Below, in pieces: positions 50,744 through 61,100 of a stretch of DNA of 64,000 nt. Under the pieces are notes generated by a model that was not told the DNA's origin, searched no databases, and saw only the letters and a list, made by a program, of their open reading frames with translations. A program made the translations under genes and the position numbers. The DNA is from Barthelona sp. PAP020 (taxonomy: Eukaryota), in assembly GCA_040182905.1 (NCBI GenBank), contig JARQWU010000024.1, forward strand, positions 1 through 64,000, given 5' to 3'. How positions within the stretch are numbered: position 1 is the first letter of the stretch; each line of letters opens with the position of its first letter.

Positions 50744-53314
50744 ATGGATGGCACTACGATTCCATCTCATGTATTTGATACTTCCACTTCATTTGAAAAT
50801 AGTACAACCAATAGTTCATCATTGTTGACTGCTTTTATCAAACAACATGGATTGGATAATTTATCTGGTCAAAAGTTGTTAGAAACATACGAAAGTTTTG
50901 TTGGTGATGCTTCTATTGTTAAATTAGTTCAACAATTGGAAGCACAACGCGAGGAAACTTTGATTTCTTTGGATTTAAGCAGTGCACAAATTAATAAAAA
51001 TAATTTAGAGCCTTTATTAAAGGCCTTACAGGTTGTTCCTTGTGTTACTTCATTAAACATGTCAGATAATGATTTAGGAGATTATGGAGTCTCGGATCTA
51101 ATGGAAACTGTAGTCTATTTAGGTTGTTTGGAAGAATTAATTCTTGAAAGTGTTGGATTAACGGATAATGGAATTGTTGCTATTGGAAATTATTTAAAGA
51201 ATGGTCCACATCTCAGGGTATTGAAATTGGGTAAGAATAAAATCCAAGGGAATGGATTAACGTCATTTGTTGATACTTTGGTGAATGCAAAGAAATTAGA
51301 GACTTTATCTTTGAATTCAAATCAAATTGATGACAGAGGAACTCAGTTGTTGTGTAAAGCTTTAAAATATCAATCTTCCATTGCATTTTTAGATTTGAGC
51401 AACAACAAACTTGGATTTAGATCTGGTGAATTTTTACAATCTCTTGTTAGCGAGAATTCTGTTTTAAAAACTGTTAATATTGACTATAACAACGTAGCAA
51501 ATTATCAAAAAACGGCTATTCAAAATGCACTCAATGCTACACCATTAGAAACGCTAAGCATCACACCTATAAGTTCAATAACTCAAAAAACAGAAAAGTT
51601 TGAAAGTTTTGAGAAAAATTCTGATTTGCCTCTCTCCAATACTTTTGAAACCCTTTTGAAACCTTCTTCATTCAGTCCTTATAATTCTTCTTCAGTATTT
51701 AATACATCTAGTCACTCAAATAGTAATACTCCTTTGACAAAAACGACGACTTTTGATGAAATCAATGATATGACAATGGATCCCATGACATTTAACATGG
51801 ACAAAGATCATAGACAGAATGAATTGTTTTCAACAGAGCAATTTAAAGAATCTCCATTAACTATTAATTCCAATTTAATGTTTTCAACCACTGTTGAACA
51901 ACTTACCAATATTCCTGTTCCTGAACCTTTAGATCTGAGTGGTTATCAATATCAAGATTTAAATAACAGATTAAATGGATTGATTCATAATGAACAAGTT
52001 CCTTTGGACCGAAAGATTCCTGAAATTGTTGGAATTTTTTATGATGTCACTGATCGTTTAAATAATTTGGCCAAGGAGGCTTCATCTCATAATTTAGAGT
52101 TGAATGACACAAGAATGGGGATAGCTTCGATAACTCAAGTTGTTGATTCTTTCCAATCAACAATAGAACGATTAAATATGAGTTATACTATTCGTTTGAA
52201 GGAACTGAAGAAGAAAAATGAGCATATTAGTGAAATTGAGAATGAATTGAGTATATTAAGACAAGAAAACAATAAAATGAAGATTCCTAAGACACCAAAG
52301 ACTCTTTCCAGAGGTTCTAAACTTTCTGAGGAAGTTACTAATGATTTAAAGAAAGAAAAGGGTATATTAATTAAAAAGTTGAATAAACGTACTGAAGAAT
52401 TGAAGAAATCAACGGATTCAGTTGAAGAAATGAAAGCATTGATTGAAAAACAAAATAAAGAATTGAAAAGAATCAAAGATATTAATGAAAAGATACGCAA
52501 TAGATTTGAACATAAAAAGACCAAATTAGATGAAGCAAATGAAACCATAAAACGATTAAATAATGAATTTAATTTGTATAAAGAACAAACTGATCATGTT
52601 ATTGATAATACTAAATTGAAATTGTTAAATACCACAACTGAATTAGAAACTTTGAAAAAAGAATTGATAGAAGCCAAACAAGCTAACGAAGAGTTTGATT
52701 CAATTAATACTATATTGAAAGAAGATTGGGAGACTTTAAAAAATTCAAATTCTTTGTTGACGAAAGATTTTGAAGATTTGAAAGATAAGTATTCAGTATT
52801 AAAGAGGGATTATGATAATATTTTCGATAAGAATGAAAAGATTGAGTTGAATTTGAAAGATATTACAAAAGAATATGAAATATACAGAAAGGAAACTGGA
52901 ACGAGGCAAGAAAATCTTTTAAATGAGATGAACAATGTAACTTCAGCAGCTTCAAGAGCAACTGCTATTGAAAATGAAAATAAAGTTCTGATTGAAAAGA
53001 ATAAGAAATTGTTGGATGAAACTAATGAATTACAAGAAGAGAATATGAAGCTTAGAACTGAAAATAACCATTTAACAAGAGACTTAAGGTCGACCAAGGA
53101 AGATTTTGAATTTGATATCAAACAATTAAAAAAGAAAATTAATGTGGCTGAAAATGAAGTGAAAAATCAAGAACAAATTAATTTACAATTGTTGAAATCT
53201 GCTAAACGTGCAGAAAGTCTCTCTGACGAATTAGTTCAAACAAAGAAACAATTGGATGAATGTTATTCAATTTTAGCATCGTTTGATGTTGGTTTTGGTG
53301 CAGATGATGAATAA
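50744..53314 (+). CDS. RNI-type LRR protein with long C-terminal coiled coil
   Basis: LxxLxLxxNxI/L repeats (LNMSDNDLGD, LSLNSNQIDD, LDLSNNKLG), then a heptad-rich K/E region. Confidence 0.85.
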   Translation: MDGTTIPSHVFDTSTSFENSTTNSSSLLTAFIKQHGLDNLSGQKLLETYESFVGDASIVKLVQQLEAQREETLISLDLSSAQINKNNLEPLLKALQVVPCVTSLNMSDNDLGDYGVSDLMETVVYLGCLEELILESVGLTDNGIVAIGNYLKNGPHLRVLKLGKNKIQGNGLTSFVDTLVNAKKLETLSLNSNQIDDRGTQLLCKALKYQSSIAFLDLSNNKLGFRSGEFLQSLVSENSVLKTVNIDYNNVANYQKTAIQNALNATPLETLSITPISSITQKTEKFESFEKNSDLPLSNTFETLLKPSSFSPYNSSSVFNTSSHSNSNTPLTKTTTFDEINDMTMDPMTFNMDKDHRQNELFSTEQFKESPLTINSNLMFSTTVEQLTNIPVPEPLDLSGYQYQDLNNRLNGLIHNEQVPLDRKIPEIVGIFYDVTDRLNNLAKEASSHNLELNDTRMGIASITQVVDSFQSTIERLNMSYTIRLKELKKKNEHISEIENELSILRQENNKMKIPKTPKTLSRGSKLSEEVTNDLKKEKGILIKKLNKRTEELKKSTDSVEEMKALIEKQNKELKRIKDINEKIRNRFEHKKTKLDEANETIKRLNNEFNLYKEQTDHVIDNTKLKLLNTTTELETLKKELIEAKQANEEFDSINTILKEDWETLKNSNSLLTKDFEDLKDKYSVLKRDYDNIFDKNEKIELNLKDITKEYEIYRKETGTRQENLLNEMNNVTSAASRATAIENENKVLIEKNKKLLDETNELQEENMKLRTENNHLTRDLRSTKEDFEFDIKQLKKKINVAENEVKNQEQINLQLLKSAKRAESLSDELVQTKKQLDECYSILASFDVGFGADDE

Positions 53315-53455
53315 CCATGTAAATTTTTATACTTTAAATATTATTTTTGTTCTTCTCAAATTGAAACTTAGTAATGTTATCAGGTTTCAAATTTCAAAAA
53401 AGCCAAAAATGGAAAGGGAAGCAATTGATTTTTATCGGCATATTGTAAGATAGAA

Positions 53456-54664
53456 ATGTCTATTGAATTGAATAATCCCACAGAGAAGAATATTTATGAT
53501 ACAATTCCATGGAAAATTAATGAGAGTGGTGAAAGAACAATAGAAGGGAAAGTTCCGGGACTTTTAATGGATTGCGCATATTCCTTAGATGGCAAATATT
53601 TGATATTTGCAGGTGAAGATGGATATGTATTTGTTATTGATATGGATGTTGAAAAATTATTTTGTACTTTGAAAGATCATTCAAGTAATGTTTTTGGAAT
53701 TGCCTTTTCCCAAGATGGACAAAAATTCGCCACAAGTTCGCATGATAAAACCATTATTATTTATGATGTAAAGGATTTTTCTGTTTTGGATAAAATAACA
53801 CACTATCATGGTATTTTTGGTATTTGTTTTTCCCCTTGCTGTAATTATATATATTTTGGTGATGAAGAGGGATATCTTATAAAAAAAAACATTAAAACTG
53901 GTGATATTATGATGCAATCAAAGATGCATTGTGATTACACTTGGAGAGTTAGACTTTCATCAAATGGAAGACATATTCTGACTGCAGGATTCGATTATTG
54001 TGCTAAGTTATTGGATGCTAATGATTTTTCTGTAATTCATGAGTTTTCTCATGATACTTATGTTTTGGATGTTGACTTTCACCCATCAAAAAATATTATT
54101 GCAACTGGAGATAGATTAAACAAAGTACACCTTTGGGATATGGATGATGGATCTTTGCTTCATGTGTTTGATCTCAATGGAGAAGCATGGTATCTTCGTT
54201 TTTTAACTTCTAATATCCTTGTTATTATGTCTGGTGATGGATACATCACGTTGTATGAACTGGATAGTTTTCAGCCAATTCAAAAGATTTTCTGTGATTG
54301 TGAAACTTTCTATTTTTCATTTGCTATATCACCTGATATGAAACGATTAATATGTGGAATATCTAAAGATGAAGTGATTAAAGTATACCCCATTGTGCGA
54401 TTTTGTAATGATCAGCTTTTGTTGAAACTTATTGAATTATCGAAAAGTGATGCTACTGTGCTATCTAATATTATTAAAATGAATATTGATAATTCTGTTG
54501 TCCGACAATTGGTTAGTGGAGGTATTGACATGAGTGAGGATGAATATAATATTATTATTGACAGATGTTGGGATTTGGTTGATATTAATGAAAAAAATGG
54601 TGGTAATATGCATGAGTTTGTGAACAAAAAAGGTGATGAACTTAGTGATAATGATGATGATTGA
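53456..54664 (+). CDS. WD40-repeat protein with short helical/acidic C-terminal extension
   Basis: DHSSNVFGIAFSQDGQKFATSSHDKTIIIYD, VDFHPSKNIIATGD..NKVHLWD. Confidence 0.88.
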   Translation: MSIELNNPTEKNIYDTIPWKINESGERTIEGKVPGLLMDCAYSLDGKYLIFAGEDGYVFVIDMDVEKLFCTLKDHSSNVFGIAFSQDGQKFATSSHDKTIIIYDVKDFSVLDKITHYHGIFGICFSPCCNYIYFGDEEGYLIKKNIKTGDIMMQSKMHCDYTWRVRLSSNGRHILTAGFDYCAKLLDANDFSVIHEFSHDTYVLDVDFHPSKNIIATGDRLNKVHLWDMDDGSLLHVFDLNGEAWYLRFLTSNILVIMSGDGYITLYELDSFQPIQKIFCDCETFYFSFAISPDMKRLICGISKDEVIKVYPIVRFCNDQLLLKLIELSKSDATVLSNIIKMNIDNSVVRQLVSGGIDMSEDEYNIIIDRCWDLVDINEKNGGNMHEFVNKKGDELSDNDDD

Positions 54665-55107
54665 GCCAACTGGAATTGAAGGCTTAGAAAGATTATCTCA
54701 ATGTCGACATTTCTTTCATCGAACAGATCTCTTGATTTCATGTGCGAATCAACGGATTGTTTATTGATTTGAAGAATTGGTAATCAACAAATTGAGAAAT
54801 TTTCTTGTCTGAAACCATGAATATTATAAATATGCATAATTAATTTATTTTTTATTCTTTTTTTCTTTGATCGAAGCGTTCAATAAATTTAACTGTCAAA
54901 ATACAGGAAAATCCTATTAATCTTTGAATTTACCAGTCAAAGGATTCTGTGTAAATTTCTTCAACTTGGTTCTTTGTAAATTGAATAACTCAATTTCTGG
55001 GAGGCACTGTGGTCTATAAACTTTGTAAAAAGAACAAATAACAAAATAATATGACTATTTATAAATGCTATGAAAAGAAAAACCAATTCTTGAGAAAAAT
55101 ACAAGAA

Positions 55108-58100
55108 TTATCTTTTGTTCAAAGCTTTGAGTTTATCCAAGAAACCTTTTGCTTTTGATTTTTGATCAAAATCTCTTCTTTGTTGGATAATTTTAATCTC
55201 TTTGATCAAATTATTAAAGAACATATTTTTTGAACTGTTGTCATTCAAATGATGAATGTCAAAACTGTCAATGTCATCCAATATTTCTTTTAATTCAAAC
55301 GACACTAAAATCCATTTATTTTGCTGAGGTGAAATAATTATTGGTGGATCTTTTTGAGGATCAAATAATCTGATAAATTTATCCAAAACCTCAGAATTGA
55401 CCTTATTGCAAATGTTTGAAAGAGGGTATTTTTTCATCAAATTTACAGAAGAAATTCCAAGACCTTTTAAAGTTAAATCTAAATACTTTAACATAGGATG
55501 AGTTCCATTGAATAAATACTCTTGTAATACTGAATCAATAAGATTATTTGAGGTATTTTTGTATTCTTTATTTTTTTGTGATTGTATATCAATAGATTCA
55601 TTAAAATTGTTTGAATTAATAATGTTATTTCTTTGAATAATGTTTTGAGTTTGATTTGGAATGTACAAAATGTAATTATCTTGTTGTGTTAAACCGTTAC
55701 TTTCTCTTAATGTTTGACACAATATTGAGTCTGAATCAAGCAGATAAGATAAAATTGCTGAAGCCCAAACATAATTTTCAATAAGAATATTATCTTCATA
55801 AGGTGATTCATTAAAAATAATCCTTTTTTGAATTGTTTTCAATTTATTTTCTGTAAAAATTCCATCAATATCATTAGCTTCCATTAATAATGATTCTTTT
55901 ACAGCTAATTCCTTTGATTTTTGAATATTTTCTAACTCTTGCAAAATCATTTGACCAACAGAATCAAAAATTTGTCGATTTTTCATCTCATCTTTCAAAT
56001 CAAAAGGTAAAGCTTCTAAAATGGGTTTCAATGATTTAGGCTTGTTTGAATATTCAAAATTTTTCGTTTCAATTGCATCATAATAACTATTAATTTCACA
56101 GAAGTTGGAATCTTCATTCCTCGTCTTTTTATTTGACAATATTGTTTGACATTTGTTTTTAATATTTGGTGAAAAAGATATTGGCAATAAATCTTTTCTT
56201 TTTGAACTTATTGTTTCAGAAAAGGGTTCAGGTGATTCAACAGGAGAAGATAATCTACTATCATGATTTGTAAAAGTCATTTCATTGAAAATTTCATCAT
56301 TCTGGGTGACAAAAAACATTTCATGCTGCAAAAATTCTCTTGTTGAATTACTTTCATGTTCTTCATTTCTTTGATTTTTAGAATTTGCTAACTTGATTTG
56401 ACTTCCAATCACATTTATTTTAGGATCGTAATGCTTTGGAAGGTTTACAACAGGAAAACTTTCAATTTTTTCTTTAAAAATAGAATTTCTTTCTTCAAAA
56501 TCATCATATTTTGATGATAATGGTGTTGATTGCAACTGAAAGCTTAATTTTTCATTCATAATTTTTCTTTCATCTTTTTTTGTCTTATATTGATTTCCTG
56601 TCAATTCAAATTCGGCACCCATTGAATTATTTCGTTTATGAGTTGATTTCATTTCAACACGTTCATTTTTTACAATCTTAGGTGTTTTGGAACTTGAAAC
56701 TACTTTGTCATTTGCTGGACTTAAATTTTTATGGCTAACGCTGTTTGCACTATTTAATCTAGAACGAAATGGTGTTGACATTGGTTTATTTTGAATTACA
56801 AATTCATTTGAAATTGAATTTGAAGTAATTTTGTTGCTAATTAGTGAAGGTATTGAATTGGAAGTGGAACATATTGATAAAGAGCTTGTAGGACGCTTTC
56901 TGGCTGTTTTAACAGTTTCAATTTCACTTTGTTCAAAATCTTCATTATCATCATTATTTATTAAAAAATCGCCATTTATTCTCATAAAATTGTTGTTTTG
57001 ATCATATCTTTCATGTACCCTGTCCTTTAATAGGGTACTTTGCGTACCTTTAGCATATTTTCTACTGATTCTAATTGGACCTTTATTTTTTGTCAATTCA
57101 ATTCTTTTTTTAACTTCATCATCAGTAGCAGTTTCCAAAGCAATTTCTAAACGTTTCCTTTCTTCATTTAAAATGTGCAAATGAATATCAGTAAATGAAG
57201 GTTTTCTATCGATTTCATTTTTTTCAAAAACAAATAAATGTACGGGATTTTTAGCTCTCTTTTTTAATTCATGATCATCCATGACAGCCAATATATCAAA
57301 AGCTTGATCTAAAGGTAAAGAATCTTTTGAAATTGTTTTATTTAACAATCTCTTTCTTTTTTCAATTTCTTTTTCCAATTCTTTTGAATATTCATCAGTA
57401 AATGATGAGATATTTGCTAATCCTTCCCTCATTTTCCTCTTCTTTTCATTTCGCCTTTCCGCTTCTTCTTTAGCTATTCTCTTTCTTTCAAATAATTTTC
57501 CAAATTCTTGTGGTCCAAAACTCTTTGAAGCCAATAATTTTTTTTCTATATTTGGAAAATTTTGAAACTTTTCATTTGATTTTTGATGTGTATCAGGAAT
57601 TTCAGTTTCAGTATCTATCAAACGTAATGGCATTTCTAATTTCTTGTACCAATCAATTAAGTCACGTCTTCGTTCATCAGATCTTTTCAATCCACCAATA
57701 TCATATGGAATCATTGAAGGTCTGCGCTTACTTTCATATTTTTTGAGAGTTTCTTCATCTAACTTAGATTTGAAATAATTTTGAGTATTTAAATCAAATT
57801 CTACGGAAAAAGGCAAATCAATGCGAAAGATTTCTACACCATCAAAATCAATTAAACCATATGGTACGTTGTGACGAAATAAATAATCGAAAACTTTTGT
57901 AATCTTCTTGCGATATTCTGTAATATTAACGCTTTTGTTCATTTCATTGTCCACTTTAATTTGATTATCTTTTTCATAATCTTGATCTTTCCTCAACATA
58001 ATCCTTACTAAAGTCAAGTACAAACGAACAATTTTATCAACACTCTCTTTACTTGGTTTGTATAATATTCTTTCCTTTTTTATTTGTATTTCTTGTGGGA

Positions 58101-61100
58101 TGTTATTCTTTTTGATCACTTCAAGACTACGACTTTGTGGTATAATGATATTTAATGAAGATTTTGCACTTTGGTTCTCTTCTTCTTTCACCCTACCTTT
58201 TGATTTTTTAATGACTGCATTTTTTTCATTAATATTAAGATTTAATGTTGCATTTTTGTCCTTTAAAACATTTACACTATCTCGCCTTTTTTGATCAATA
58301 GTTTCAATTTGTATTTTTGTTATCATCTCAAAAGAATCAACAAAATCATCATCATCCACAGGATTTTCATTCGGTAATGTTAATTTTGCCATTCTTTTGT
58401 CTTCATCACTAACATAACCTGTAATATCTATTGATTGAGATGATAAAAATCCAGTTTCAACATCATTTGTCACAGTAACAGGTACCACCTCCGTATTTTC
58501 AAGTTCTCTCATCATGGTAGCATTTTTTTCCTCATCAGAATCCAATGAATCTTCTTTTATCTCAGAAGAGAACATATCTTTGGCATTTAATTTATTTGTT
58601 TGAACAGCATCAATACCATAAGGTGATGACTGGTTTAGAACAGTATCAGGTAAACTTTCAATGTCAATAGATGTGTCTACAATTGATTGACTTGTCAAAA
58701 TTTCAGAATCATTCAAAGAATTGACATTTTTATTGCTTAAAAATGAATTATCAGTTAACTTCGATGAATCTGCTTCTTTAACCTCATGTTGTTCCATTCT
58801 ATCATTTTCTGGATGGTAATCTGAATTTATTCGTCTATTTACATCATTTTTGCTATCAACAAACGTATTTGAAGTTTCAAAATTATCAACAACTGGAGAA
58901 ACTAGCTCTGAAGTATTATATTCATTTTCAGCATTTTCATAAATAACATCAAATGAAAACTCAGTTATATCAATGTTTGCAGGAGGAAACTGACTAGATT
59001 TCCTTAGTTCTTCAATATCAATGGTAATATCAAAGTCATCTCCACCATCATCTCTAATTTTGACGTTGGCTACTTCTTCCATCAAATCATCAATGATTGG
59101 TTCAACAACACCTTCAAATATTTGAGGTTCATAATTGTATATTTCATCAGAAACCGCAATGGATTTTCTTCGATATTTCATTTTTTGGATATAATTTAGT
59201 TCAACAGAGCTACTATTGGAAGTTGTGCTTCGATGTGAAGGAATAATACCATTGGGTATTTCACTGGGGAGATCAACAAGATTATCATAATCAATTGTGT
59301 CATTTTCATCATCCACTTCAATAACACTTTGAAAATTTGAATTTTCATTGTTTTGAAATGTTTTTGAATTTGATCTTTTCTTATTAACATCTTTTTTAGG
59401 TGATTTGTAATTCATTTGTTTAATTTTTCTGGCAGACTTTAAACCTGGTCTTTTTGAACGTAAATATCTAACATCTTCATCTTTTTTCTTTCCTTTCTTT
59501 TTTCGAGGTTTATTTTTAATCAATTCTACCTGTTTTTTCTTTTCTTTTAGCTCTTCTAATTCTTTTGTTTTTCTAGCAAGATCAATATCTTTTTTAATTT
59601 TTTCTAGTTCTTTATCCCTTCTTTGCTTTGCTTCAATTTCTCGATAATTCATGAAATTATCATTCTTTTTAACAAAAGAACCATATAAATCATCGTCTTT
59701 TGTTTCCAAAGTCAATTCAACGATACTCTTCCTTCTTTTAGCTTTTTTATCAATCTGTTGCACCCTTTGTTGAACAATCAAATTAGCAATCTTCTTTTCA
59801 ACATATATAAAAGTTTCTTCAAGTGTTTCATTCACAACGTTCAAAAACACAGAATCTACCAATCTTTTAATTTCGTTCTCCATTCTGTGTTGTTTCATTT
59901 CTTCTTCTTCTCTCAATTTCATTTCCATTTCAAGTACATATTTATCGTGATTTTCTCGTTTTTGACTCCATAATTCTGCTTCTTCCATCATTACCATCTC
60001 TTCACCTTCCATTCTTTCAATCATTAATTTTTGTTCTTCTTTTAAATACTGTTGATTTTCGAATTCAATTTGCTTTTCAATGAGTTTTTTTCGGTATTCA
60101 TAAGCAAACTGAAAAATAGCATCCTCAATAACAACACCAATTATCTCTTCTGTAACCTTATCTATAGAAGTAGAGATCGTTTTATTCCTAACTCTTTGAA
60201 ATAATGAAAACTTTTCATCATCACTCAATTCAAACATTTTTCTTCTAATTTCTTCTTCTTCTTCCTTTTGTTTCTTTTCCATTTCTTTTTGTTGTTCCTG
60301 TTGTTCTTTTTCTTCTTCTTCCGCAAGTTTATCTTCTTCTTTCTTTATTCTAAATAATTCTTTCTTTTCATTTTCTTTCATTTTCTTCAACAGTCGTAAA
60401 TTATTTTCCTTCTTTAACATGATTTCTTTTTCTCTAATCAATTTAAGTTGTTCTTCTTCAAATTTCTTTTGAAATAACAATTGTTTCTCATGATTTTCTC
60501 TCTTTTTAGAAAATTCTTCAGCCTTTTCCATTTCAAGACGCTCCATTTCTTCCTGTTTTCTCATTTTAGCTAAATGTTTTGCTTCTGCATCCTTCAATAA
60601 TTTTGATACATGTGTACTAGTTGTTCGAAAGTCACTCAAAGAAACATTAAATTTTTTCACAAAATCTTTATTTTCTGTTAATTCTGTTGTTGTTAAAACA
60701 TTTTCAATACCAATTGCATTATTTTCATCTTTTATAATACATATATTTTCATCTTTAATAACATCTTGAACAATGTTAACATTGATTTCAGGCTGTTCAA
60801 CTGTGTAATCCTTGTCAAAAATGTTAATATTATTTGTCAATGTGTTATCACTCTTTGAACGATTATGAAATTTTGAATTGATTAAATTATTATTTGAATT
60901 CATTCCATCAATTTCAAATAATTCATGTTCAGCAAAAGAAGGTAAAGAAAAATTTGCATTTAATTGATTTAATTTTCTTGCTTGAGCAACTGTAATTACT
61001 TTTACTAATTTTTCTTTGTTTGAATTGATATATTTAGCAATAAATTCCTCATTTGCTAAACAAACATTCTTAAAAATTCCATTTATTGTGTTATTTTTTA

